A DNA stretch of 63,558 nt, counting the filler, from Octopus bimaculoides (taxonomy: Eukaryota), in NCBI RefSeq assembly GCF_001194135.2. It is 4 parts of 3 records of this genome, joined end to end, with 100 filler letters (N's around TTAATTAATTAA, not from the genome) between each part and the next. Parts side by side here need not be neighbours in the genome. Positions count along the whole stretch, not along the records: positions 1 to 17,161 come from NC_068981.1; 3 more parts are not named here. One strand, given 5' to 3'. The notes beneath the pieces are model-generated. The model did no database searches and had not been told where the DNA came from. It saw only the letters and a program-made list of their open reading frames with translations. Positions 1 to 11,426 of this stretch are shown here, one piece after another. Position numbers and translations under genes: made by a program. The stretch's first letter is position 1. Every line of letters begins with the position of its first letter.

Positions 1-26
1 TATATATATATATATATGTATATATG

Positions 27-59
<33 letters not shown>

Positions 60-60
60 T

Positions 61-439
61 CTTGTTGGCACTCCGTCGCTTACGACGTCGAGGGTTCCAG
101 TTGATCCAATCAATGGAACAACCTGCTCGTGAAATTAACATGAAAGTGGCTGAGCACTCCACAGATACGTGTACTCTTAACATAGTTCTCAGGGATATTC
201 AGTGCGACACAATGTGACGAGGCTGGCCCTTTGAATTACAGACACAACAGAAACAGGAAGTAAGGGTGAAAGAAAGTTGTGGTGAAAGAGTACAGCAGGG
301 TTCGCCACCATCCCCTGCCGGAGCCTTGTGGAGCTTTAGGTGTTTTCGCTCAATAAACACTCACAATGCCTGGTCTGGGAATCAAAACCGTGATCCTATG
401 ACCGCGGGTCCGCTGCCCTAACCACTGGGCCATTGCGCC

Positions 440-443
<4 letters not shown>
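61..443 (-). mobile_element. tRNA-derived SINE, family A, full length
   Basis: Minus strand starts GGAGGCGCAATGGCCCAGTGGTTAGGG (A box) ...GGTTTTGATTCCC (B box); near-identical copies elsewhere; inserted in (TA)n. Confidence 0.88.
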
Positions 444-505
<62 letters not shown>

Positions 506-2044
506 ATGATAACAGTGAGAAAACTAATACAACACTGATTCCAAAAGTTGCATGTAGAATTTATTGCCTGTATTCTATAGAGAAATCCTTTGTCACTCTC
601 AACCATTCTTATTAGAGTGAATTAGTGATTGGTTTCTATAGAACCAATCATTAAATCACTGTTTTATATGTGATATAAAATATGCGTGCCAAGGTAACAT
701 CTCAAAGAAACACTTTTCTTTTTGATAGATCCTACTAATCTTGTCTATTTTGGGTTGTATATACCTCAGTGCGTTCGAATCGAGAGACATTTTCTCAGTC
801 CTGCTGCTAACAGGAACTTATGTAAAATATGTGATGGATAAACCAAGATCACTGAGACAACCTCAACACTCCACCACCACCACCATCACCATCACCACAA
901 ACACCTGAAGATACTTTCCTTTTCTGTCACCTTAACCCTGTCACCTCTATCATGCCAACAGATTATTCTTTATAAATTTCAATTAGACTATAACCTCTTT
1001 CCACCAATTTTTCATAACAGATAAAAAAAACAAAAACAATCTTATGATAACCTCTTATTGAGAACCAAATCTCCTTTTCTCTCACCAAACATTTCCCCAC
1101 ACCTTCAAGTGTTTACGTTGCATTTCTCTATTCAGGATTTCCAACAGCATATATATTCGTAACTAATCTCCCACGCCTAATTCCAAATCATGGACCACTT
1201 TGACCTCTCCTCCACCAACCTTCTTTACTATATTACCTATAAACTATATATAAAGTCTCCATAGGAGGCAGAAGCTAACTGTCATCTGGATAATCATTTT
1301 CGTCATCATCTTATGCTAAACATATATAACACTCAATCATTTTCCAAACCATCCCATCAATTTACTTCAGGGAACCACTCCTTAAACCACATCTATACAT
1401 CTATGCTTGTGAAATCACTTTAACACCATGGCCTGGCTTTCACCTCAGTTTTACTCTAAGCACTTCTTCACCTGATTGTATTAATGAACATCTCTCGTTC
1501 TCATGGTTTACATTGACCTTGCTCTCTTCACTTGGTTTTTTTTCTTCTTCTTCTTTATTTTGGCAATTCTTAGCGTGTCTGTCTGTGCGCATGAAGAGTG
1601 TGTGTATGTGTGTGTGTGTGTGAGTGTATGCAGGTAATATCATGGTGGCGGTGGAGATGGGGTGGGTGGGGTCTACCCTGACTATTTTCTCCCAGTCTTC
1701 TTCCCCTGCCATATTTCATACGTCATAACTCTTCACCGCTATCACTAACATCTTCTCCACCAAATGCTCTGCATCAGCAGTGACCAGTGCTCTCTCTCTC
1801 TCTCTCTCTCTCTTCACTGCACACATAATTTTTTTTCTCACTCCCTCTCCACACACATGCAAATAATTATTCGACTAGTTTCAATCGTTGGACTATGGCC
1901 ATACTGGGGCATCACCATCAAACGTCTTAGCTGATCAATATCTACTCGTCTGATACACATTTCTTGAATCAATATCTTTCAAATGGCCAAGTTTTACATG
2001 TTTTTTTCTTTTCAGCATTGTATTTAGTTTTTATTAAGTGTGTG

Positions 2045-2075
2045 TTATCTATTTATCTATCTCTCTATCTATCTC

Positions 2076-2114
<39 letters not shown>

Positions 2115-2143
2115 GTCTATCTATATATCTATCTATCTGTCTG

Positions 2144-2204
<61 letters not shown>

Positions 2205-2672
2205 ATTCAGCTATCTATCAAACTGTTTATCTATCTTTCAACCTATCTATATTTGTACATATCTATCTATCTATCTACCTATCTATCTACTCATTTTTTT
2301 TTTGATTCCTTTTGATCGAACTCTCCCCTTTTCCTTCCTACGATCCCTTTTGATCCCCCCCCTTTTTTTTCCCTTCCCCCTCCCAAAAAGAAAAGCTCTA
2401 CATTGTATTTGTCCCATCTTCGTTGAGCTCTGTGTGGCTAATAAAAGAAATGTATCTATCTACTCACTTGTCTGTCTGTCCGTCTATCTGTTCATCTATC
2501 TTGTCTGTCTATCTGTCTGTCCGTCTGTCTGTTCATCTATCTTGTCTGTCTGTCTGTCCGTCTACCTGCCTGCCTGCCTACCTACCTACCTGCCTGCCTA
2601 CCTACCTACCTGCCTACCTACCTACCTACCTACCTACCTACCTACCTACCTACCTACCTACCTACCTATCTA
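2045..2672. repeat. Compound tetranucleotide microsatellites (ATCT, GTCT, GCCT, ACCT)
   Basis: Direct reading. Confidence 0.95.
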
Positions 2673-2905
2673 TCCTTCCTTCAAACAATCCACCATTCCA
2701 CATAATAAACCCATATATAGACACCCACAAACACTCACAGAGACGCATGCATATTTGAGCTTTTGCTCAATTTCTGTATATCAAATTTCAGCCACTCATT
2801 ATTGAAAAACCCAAAGACTTTAACACAGAAAACTCATTTACGATGAACCATATGGCTCTTCAGAACCAATGTATGAGTGGGTAGACATGTATGTTTATAT
2901 ATATA

Positions 2906-3116
2906 TTTCTTTATTGACGACAGGAGGGCTAAACATAGAGGGGACAAACAAGGGCAGACAAAGGGATTAAGTCGATTACATCAACTCCAGTGTGTAACTG
3001 GTACTTATTTAATTGACCCCGAAAGGACGTACCAGTTGAACACTTGGGTCGATGTAATCAATTCATCCCCTCCCCCACAAAAAATTGCTGCCCTTGTGGC
3101 AAAATTTGAAACCACG

Positions 3117-3120
<4 letters not shown>
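2906..3120. mobile_element. Two 5'-truncated SINE family B tails fused head-to-head
   Basis: 2906-3028 is a minus-strand B2-type tail, 3029-3120 a plus-strand B tail ending in (ATT)n. Confidence 0.7.
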
Positions 3121-3153
<33 letters not shown>

Positions 3154-3154
3154 G

Positions 3155-3700
3155 GGTTGTAAGCTGGCAGAGTCATTAGTGTACTGGACAAAATGCTTAG
3201 CAGGATTTCATGTGTCTTTACATTCTGAGTTCAAATTCAGTTGAGGTCAACTTTGTTTCATATCCTTTTAAAACGATAAACGTCGCCCTTTCAAAGCCTA
3301 GCCAGGCTCATGGGCCCGGTTTCCCGGTTTCTATGGCGTATGTGTTCTCCCCAGCTGGATGGGATGCCAGTCCATCTCAGCGTTACTGAAGAAACAAGAA
3401 GAAAGAGTGAGAGATAGTTGGGGCGAAAGAGTACAACAGGGGTCGCCACCCACCCACCCCTGCCTCATGGAGCTTAGGTGTTTTCGCTCAATAAACGCTC
3501 ACAACGCTCAGTCTGGGAATCGAAACCGCGATCCTCCAACCGCGAGTCCGCTGCCCTAACCACTGGGCCATTGCGCCTCTATATTTCATATCCTTTTAGG
3601 GCCAATAAATTAAGCACCAGTTGAGCACAAGGCTTGATACAATTGATTATTCTTCTCCCCGCAAATTTCAGCCCTTGTCTCTATAATAGAATGGATCATT
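3155..3700 (+). mobile_element. SINE family B interrupted by a family A insertion
   Basis: Head 3155-3270 and remainder 3584-3700 rejoin across the TSD. Confidence 0.8.
3271..3583 (-). mobile_element. SINE family A variant (same head, different tail) with 15-bp TSD
   Basis: Family A head and body; TTTCATATCCTTTTA at 3256-3270 and 3584-3598. Confidence 0.85.
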
Positions 3701-4108
3701 ATTAACGAAATGCCGAAACTTGAGATATGAAATAAATCACTCTAATAGTGAATTAAAAACTGGATACAGCTATAAATAATAGCATTTAATATATGGGGTT
3801 AAAAAAAGAAAGAAGGCGGAAGATGTTATGGTTGCAGCAAATGCAGGTTTATGTTCCATAGGTAGATTTCAACTGGTTTTTCCATCCAAGATTTAAAAAA
3901 GTAGCAATCAAAAACTAAGAAAAAAAAAACAACTGTATTAAATTCTATTATTTATAGCTGCATCAGACTGAAATGCACTTTTGAAACGATTTATCTCACA
4001 TATCAGAATATTTACAGTTTCAGAATATATATACTGTGTGATGGTGTGTGTGTACACTTGGATATATCCATATGTGTCTAAGCATGTGTCTCTGTGTGTG
4101 TGTGTGTG

Positions 4109-4285
4109 AAGGCGCATGGCTTAGCGATTAAGGTGTTGCACTCACAATTGTGAGATCGTGGGTTCGATTCCCAGATCGTTGTTTTTGAGCAAAGCATATC
4201 ATTCCACGTTGCTCTGTGGACATTTCGGTATCTGACAGTGGCACCTGTACAGGTAACGTCGATCTGATAGAAAGAGTGAGCTTAC
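4109..4285 (+). mobile_element. Short tRNA-derived SINE, family G
   Basis: GGCGCATGGCTTAGCG (A box), GGGTTCGATTCCC (B box), CACGTTGCTC; related copies at 29771-29940, 30331-30470, 40020-40115 and 53630-53760. Confidence 0.7.
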
Positions 4286-4907
4286 CTCTTTACTCTTCTA
4301 CTCTTTTACTTGTTTCAGTCATTTGACTGTAGCCATACTGGAGCACCGCCTTTAGTCGAGAAAATCGACGCCAGGACTTATTCTTTGTAAGCCTAGTACT
4401 TATTCTATCAGTCTCTGTTTGCCGAACCGCTATGTTACGGGGACGTAAACACACCAGCATCGGTTGTCAAGCGATGGTGGGGGGACAAACACAGACACAC
4501 AAACATATACACACACATACATACATATATCTATNNNNNNNNNNNNNNNNNNNNNNNNNNNNNNNNNNNNNNNNNNNNNNNNNNNNNNNNNNNNNNNNNN
4601 NNNNNNNNNNNNNNNNNNNNNNNNNNNNNNNNNNNNNNNNNNNNNNNNNNNNNNNNNNNNNNNNNNNNNNNNNNNNNNNNNNNNNNNNNNNNNNNNNNNN
4701 NNNNNNNNNNNNNNNNNNNNNNNNNNATATATATATATATATACCACGGGCTTCTTCCAGTTTCCGTCTACCAAATCCAGTCACAAGGCTTTGGTCGGCC
4801 TGAGGCTATAGTAGAAGACACTTGTCCAATGTGTCATGCAGTGGGACTGAACCCGAAACCATGTGGTTGGTAAGCAAGCTACTTACCACACAGCCACTCC
4901 TGCGCCT
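4286..4907 (-). mobile_element. tRNA-derived SINE family C with internal microsatellite (gap inside)
   Basis: Head AGGCGCAGGAGTGGCTGTGTGGTAAG, B box GGGTTCAGTCCC; internal (TA)/(CA) tract contains gap 4535-4726; tail GACTGAAACAAGTAAAAGAG. Confidence 0.88.
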
Positions 4908-5008
4908 GTCTACACAAACATTTGATCATTATAAACAAATCCTCTGTGTAATTGTTTGGTAAGAAATTGTCAAACCTTCATACGTCATCTAACGATGGGA
5001 GAGTCCAT

Positions 5009-5068
<60 letters not shown>

Positions 5069-5299
5069 GAGAGAGAGAGAGACGATAAGAAATGGAGCAA
5101 TTTACATTTCTTATCGTCTCTATATATATTAAACCATGACTTCACCTTTAAATTACCTTCTACCGTATACCTTACAACAAGGGCCATACATACTGAGGTG
5201 ATACCAGAAGTGCCTAGGGATACATCTATCCCTTAGAAGGTTACATTACCTCAAAAGCACATCCGAGCATGGGGTGTAACCAGGCCACTTATGAGTACC

Positions 5300-5860
5300 C
5301 CTCATTCATTGGACAATAAACTTTGCGTGCGAAGACCTATTGAGGCAAGTGAAATAAAATTAAAATCGTTGACGTGGCCAATGACAGTACCGCCTGATTG
5401 ACCCTCGTGCCAGTGGAACATTAAAAGCATATCCGGAGCATGATTGTTGCCAGGGCCACGGATTGTCTCCCGTGCCGGTGGCACGTAAAAAGCACCATTC
5501 AAGCGCGATCGTTGCCTGCTTAGCTTTACCCGCACATGTGCCGGTAGCACAAGGAAAACAACATCCGAGCGTGGTGGTTACCACTGCCGCCAGACTGGCT
5601 CCCATGCAGGTAGCATGTAAAAAACACCTTTTGAGCGTGATCCTTGCCAGAACTACCTGACTGGCCCTCGTGCCAGTGGCACATAAAAGCACCCACTACA
5701 TTCTTGGAGTGGTTGGCATTAGAAAGGGCATCCAGCTGTAGAAATTTTGCCAGATCAGATTGAGCCTCGTGCAGCCTTCTGGCTCACCAGTCCTCAGTCA
5801 AACTGTCCAACCCATGCCAGCATGGAAAGCGTATGTTAAATGACGATGACAATGATGATG
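5300..5860 (+). mobile_element. SINE-like family D with internal tandem sub-repeats and (GAT)n tail
   Basis: Five copies of GTGCCGGTGGCACGTAAAAAGCACC-like core, then GTGGTTGGCATTAGAAAGGGCATCCAGC...GTTAAATGACGATGAC. Confidence 0.8.
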
Positions 5861-6956
5861 ATATATATATATATATATANNNNNNNNNNNNNNNNNNNNN
5901 NNNNNNNNNNNNNNNNNNNNNNNNNNNNNNNNNNNNNNNNNNNNNNNNNNNNNNNNNNNNNNNNNNNNNNNNNNNNNNNNNNNNNNNNNNNNNNNNNNNN
6001 NNNNNNNNNNNNNNNNNNNNNNNNNNNNNNNNNNNNNNNNNNNNNNNNNNNNNNNNNNNNNNNNNNNNNNNNNNNNNNNNNNNNNNNNNNNNNNNNNNNN
6101 NNNNNNNNNNNNNNNNNNNNNNNNNNNNNNNNNNNNNNNNNNNNNNNNNNNNNNNNNNNNNNNNNNNNNNNNNNNNNNNNNNATATATATATTTACACAC
6201 ATTTCAAAAATGAAAGTACATGTGACTCTTTCTTCCTTTTCTTTTGGACTTCCCTTTGTTTCCTGTTTCTGAACAAGAGCTGTGCTTGAAATGTAAAGCA
6301 ACTGCTCTTTCTTTCCTTTCTAAGCATGTCCTCAATACTTTGCATGCATCACATCCTTGCATTGTTGTTCTTTTCCTGTTGTCTGTTTCTCTCCATTTTT
6401 TAGAATTAACTATACACACACACACAAACAAAATATTTTTGGATTAATGGGTGTATGTTGATTAGTGTGTTGAAGTGTTGAATAGAGCACAGGCACCGTT
6501 TGGGCTACCTGGCGTTATCCACAGTCAGGATATATTACCGTTGGAACTCTACAGTGTTAATTGAGATAATAATGATAATAATTTCTCAGGTAACCAGAAA
6601 ATGGATTTGTTATTAAATAAAGATTGATACCAAATCCATCTTCTGGTTACTTAAGAAATTATCACTATTGTGTGTGTGTGTGTGTGTGTGTGTGAGGATA
6701 CTGCTAAACCCTTATAACAAAACCTTCACAGAACACATTTGTTTCTGTTTTGCCATATGTTTCTATAGAATAAATTCCCTCCTTATATCCAACCCAGAAA
6801 ATTAAAAAGGGCACAAATGCTTCATACTTAATCATCTTCACTGTGCTAACTCCTGACCCTTTCATAATTCCCTTGATTCTATCTTATAACTGTGAAGAGC
6901 ATTTACTTGACTTTCCTTCATTCATGATAAGACATGTTTTTTTCATACTTATATGG

Positions 6957-7345
6957 GGCAGGTATGGCTGTGTGTTAAGAGGCTTGCTTCCCAAACCACA
7001 GGGTTCTAGGTTCAGTCTCTAGCTTGGCTAAACATCTTCTGCTATAGCTTTCAGCCAACCAAAATCTTGTGAGTGGATTTGGTAGATGGTTAATGAAAGA
7101 AACCCATCGTGTGTGTGTACGTGAGTGTCTTTCTGTCTGCCTGTTTTTGTCCACCACGACCAGTGTTGGTACGTTTACATCCCCATAGCATAGAGGTTTG
7201 ACAAAAATAACTGATACAATAAGCATCAAATTTTAAAAAAAAAGTTGGGGAACAGTTCTTGGGCTGATTCATTCAACAAAAATTCTTCAAGGTAGTGCCC
7301 CAGCATGACCACGGTCTAATGAGTGAAACAAGCAAAGAAGAGAAA
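6957..7345 (+). mobile_element. SINE family C, older copy
   Basis: Colinear with 4286-4907, short internal (GT)n. Confidence 0.8.
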
Positions 7346-8094
7346 AAGTTATCTGGATTAAAGGAAATGTTTGCCTGCCAGTTACTGGAATATTAGCAAG
7401 GCATCTACATTTTTTCCTTCTTTCTTTGTTGTTTTCCCCTAACCCCTATCTTCCACGTTTCCCAAAATTGCTGTCGTTGTTTTATGGTTATTTCCTCTCC
7501 TTGTCTTCTCCCTTGTTTTTTTCTACTTCACCTTATTCCAGTTTGGGTTTTTTTTTCATTCTCTTCCCTCTTGCTACTTCAGTCTATTTACTCCACACTT
7601 TCAGTAAAATATTTCGGCTCAATCAGACGGAAACACTCGCCTAAAATGTCAACGTTCTCCCCTTCATTACAACAACATAATTTATTCCATATTGCAAAGA
7701 TTTTGTACTTCGCCAATTCTATTTATATCACGCATTTGTAGTTTCATCTTTTACTGACTGGTGCAAGGGAAATAATTCAAACTCTTTTCAGAGGGGTTTA
7801 AACGTTTGTACTGAGACAAACCGATTAAATAAAATCGATGTTTTAGTGATGTTATTGATGTCAATAAATGATTTCTAGAATTCGCCAGAAACATTAATTG
7901 GGTTGGAACGCCATATCTTCCGCCTTTTTACCTGAAATGTAATTTTATAAACCCCAGAGAGATGAAATGTTAATTCTAACAAGGCATACATTATATTCCT
8001 CATCCTGCTAGAAATAGCAGTTAAATCTCCTTCAAACCACCATCTATCTAAAACTTCATTTTCTTGCTAAAGTTGTCCTTTACTTGAAAAATCA

Positions 8095-8409
8095 TCATCA
8101 TCATCATCATTATCATCATCGTTTAACGTCCGTTTTCCATGCTGGCATGGGTTGGACGGTTTGACTGAGGTCTGGAGAGCCAGCAGCTGCACCAGGCACC
8201 AATCTGATCTGGCAATGTTTCTACAGCTGGATGCCCTTCTTAATGCCAACCACTCCGAGAGTGTAGTGGATGCTTTTCGGAGTGGTTGGCATTAGGAAGG
8301 GCATCCAGCTGTAGAAACATTGCCAGATCAGATTGGTGCCTGGTGCAGCCTCCTGACCTGCCAGTCTCCAGTCAAACCGTCCAACCCATGCCAGCATGGA
8401 AAACAGACG
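8095..8409. repeat. Inverted pair of family D tails forming a ~283-bp fold-back
   Basis: Arms 8127-8258 and 8277-8409, ~18-nt spacer. Confidence 0.9.
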
Positions 8410-8418
8410 CTAATCCTT

Positions 8419-8855
8419 TCTACCACAGGCACAAGGCCTGAAACTTTGGGGAGGAGTCTAGTCGATTACATCAATCCGTAGTATGCAACTGGTACTTATT
8501 TCATTAACCCTGAAAAGTTGAAAGGTAAAGTCGACTTCAGCTGAAATTGAACTCAGAACGTAAGGATGGACGAAATACCACTAAGCATTTTACCCAGTGT
8601 GCTAACGATTCTACCACCTTAATAATAATAGTAATAATGGTTTCAAATTTTGCCACAAGGGCAGCAATTTTGTGGGAGGGAATGAGTCGAGTACATTGAC
8701 CCCCAGTGTTCAACTGTTACTTATTTTATTGACCCTGAAAGGATGAAAAGCAAAGTCAACCTCGGCAGAATTTGAACTCAGAACATAGCAGCAGACGAAA
8801 TACCGCCATGCATTTTGCTCGGCTTGCTAACCATTCTGCCAGCTTGTCGCCTTAT
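8419..8855 (-). mobile_element. Two tandem SINE family B copies
   Basis: Each has GAAAGG..AAAGTC.AC.TC.GC.GAA.TTGAACTCAGAAC core; separated by an (AAT)n tail near 8620-8635. Confidence 0.82.
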
Positions 8856-9164
8856 TAATAATAATAATAATAACAATAAAAGTAATAAAGCACAAGAATC
8901 TCTTTGATTATGGTCTGCTAAATCAGGGCTGGTCTCAAACGAAAACTAAAACCAACCCACATTTTCTTTCCAATTAATCACTTTAACACAGAAATAATTA
9001 TAAAAAGCAACTAAAAAAAAAATGATTTTTTTTTTTTTTTACAATGGCTATTAATTATTTGACCATCATACATCTATATTTTATATAACTGTAAACATCT
9101 TATACTGTGTACCTTAATAAGGATTACTGTATTGGCAAAGCTTTTCCTCCACCTCATCACCGTC

Positions 9165-9620
9165 GTCATCATCATCATCATCGTAGCCTTAACGTCCACT
9201 TTTCATGTTTGCATGAGTCAGGTGGAGTTTATTGAAGCAGTCAGATGCCCTACTTGCCACCAACCCTCACTTGTTTCCAAACAAGGCAATTACTCACTCA
9301 TGGCCAGAAAATGATTTCACAGAATATTGGAAATGAACAGTGCTACTTGTATGACAGTGACACTCATTTACAGCAATTACATACTGTCAAGACAAGGACC
9401 CATATGCACACACATACACACACACACACACACACATACACACACACACACACACACATACACACACACAGTTTTATGATGAGTTTCTTTTAATTTCCAT
9501 CTACCAAATCCATCCATAAGGCTTTGGTCAGCCTGGGGCTATAGTGAAAGACATCTGCCCAAGGTGCCATGCAGTAGGACTGAACCTGGAATCATGTAGT
9601 TGGGAAGCAACTTTCTAAAG
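9165..9620 (-). mobile_element. Chimeric SINE: family C head, (CA)n, family D-like tail
   Basis: 9485-9620 matches the C head; 9165-9260 matches the D tail (GGCATCTG...GGACGTTAAGG..GATGATG). Confidence 0.65.
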
Positions 9621-9799
9621 GGGAAATCAACTCCAATACAAATATACGAAAGCTAACTTGATTTGAGAGAACATAACTTCAAATCTCTTCGGTGGTGGTC
9701 TTAATTTATCCCACAATTTGTAAAAAAATCAGAACAAATACCACAAGGCATTCTAAAGCTCTAATATGTTATGCATATATGAAAAAAAAATGATAATAA

Positions 9800-10295
9800 T
9801 CCTTTCTACTATAAGCACAAGGCCTGAAATTTGTGGAAGTGGGGTAGTTGATTACATTGGTCCCAGTACTCAGCTAGTACTTATTTATTGACCGCAAAAG
9901 GATGAAAGTTATAACAACAACAACGGGAGCCACTATATGATATTCTATTGGTTTGGTTTGTCAATATGTATCATAAAAATATATGAAAGCGTTACTATAA
10001 TCTTTATACGTTGAAAAGTTCACAGAAGGAGAAAGAACCAAAGTGAAAGCGAAAACTTACATAACTCGTAGCAGAGTAGTCTCCCTTCTTTCATTTACTT
10101 TGCAATCTGGATGAAATTCTTAGCGGTAATTCGCCCATCGCTACGTTCTAAGTTCAAATTTCCCCAAAGTTGACTTTGCCTTTCATCCTTTTGGGGTTGA
10201 TTGAATATGTACCAGTTACGTACTGGTGTCGATATATTCGACTTAATCCCTTCCCCCAAATTTGAAGCCGTGTGCTTCCAGTAGAAAGGACTATT
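9800..10295. mobile_element. SINE family B copies in opposite orientation (9800-9905 minus, 10100-10295 plus)
   Basis: Shared core GCCTTTCATCCTTT.GGGGT.GAT...GTACCAGT. Confidence 0.7.
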
Positions 10296-10870
10296 ATTAT
10301 CATAATTGAGTGAGAGAGCAGTGCATGCCATCAAAATGACGCTGGGGTAAAATATATGAAGCCCTGTATACCCTTTATGACTACCCATCTGATAAGGGTA
10401 CATCAGGCACATGCATCATAACCATACGTGTGCGACATGGTAATCTCATATCAAGATAAATAGTGCATGACCTTTCAGGTGGAGTCCAGTTAGAATTTTT
10501 TCGTGTTGAGTAGCCAATCTCACTCAAAAGGTCCCTGAATAAGGGTTGTTTAAGGATATTGAATGAAACACCCATGTTTCCAGAGGTGAATTATCCAATC
10601 CCCGAAGAATTCCTCTCAACACATGGCTATGATGCTCCCCCACTACTTCTGCTCATGACCAGAGATGCACATATCGTCAGCCACCAAGGGACATGCTCAA
10701 CTGGTTAAGGTCAAGCAACTGACAAGCAAATCTGTGGCTACAGCAAATATTGAGCAGAATATTTGCTGTAGCCCATCTTTTATACCAAGACAAAACAACG
10801 TACATGATAACACTTACAATCAGTTAAAATCAGATGCCATGAGAGCCACTGCTGGGTACTGCATCTGGGC
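10296..10870 (-). mobile_element. Interspersed retroposon, family F, (AAT)n tail
   Basis: Minus strand ends GCTCTCTCACTCAATTATGATAATAAT; recognised from memory as an abundant octopus repeat; single copy in window. Confidence 0.5.
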
Positions 10871-10924
10871 ATTTATTATTATTATCATCATCATCATCAT
10901 CATCATCATCATATTGTCTTTTCA

Positions 10925-11100
10925 CATCTTCTAACACTGGAGAGGTTCTACGGTGTCAGCTGTTCACTACCAGTGAACTAAGGTAACACCCCTTGTTCTT
11001 CGAGCACCATTCTGAGTATTCATGCAGTTCCAAGCAGTGCTGTTTTCGACAAGTGCTCTACCCTTATTGCAGCCCCTATTTGTTCCATGTACTTCTCAAT
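10925..11100 (-). mobile_element. 3' end of an R4/Dong-like RLE retrotransposon
   Basis: Minus strand reads IEKYMEQIGAAIRVEHLSKTALLGTA*ILRMVLEE, close to the (Q)KTALLGTARILRKVL terminus of this clade; flanked by (TAA)/(ATC) repeats. Confidence 0.75.
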
Positions 11101-11256
11101 TAATAATAATGATAATTATTATTATTAATAAATTTATTCTTTAGCATTTCAAGATATTTTTATGTAATTTTGGTAAATATGTCTGTTAAAATAAAATGCT
11201 ATTTTCATTTTGGCCCAAATTAGATGACAATTTACTCACCGCACCCTGTATATAAA

Positions 11257-11301
<45 letters not shown>

Positions 11302-11394
11302 GTGTATATGTGTATGTACACACACAGATATTGATATTTCTATATGTGTACATATTTATTATTTATAGCTCTATATGTATGTATATATATATAC

Positions 11395-11426
<32 letters not shown>

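Noticed and set aside
1250-1290. AGTCTCCATAGGAGGCAGAAGCTAACTGTC as a decayed hammerhead
   Set aside because: Only vague resemblance to 33259-33307; core nucleotides are missing.
1964-2805. YLSI/LPTY-repeat ORFs of up to 255 aa
   Set aside because: Translations of (ATCT)n/(ACCT)n microsatellites, which lack stops in some frames.
5370-5700. CRISPR-like repeat-spacer array
   Set aside because: Eukaryotic context, spacers are homologous to one another, no cas genes; internal SINE repeats.
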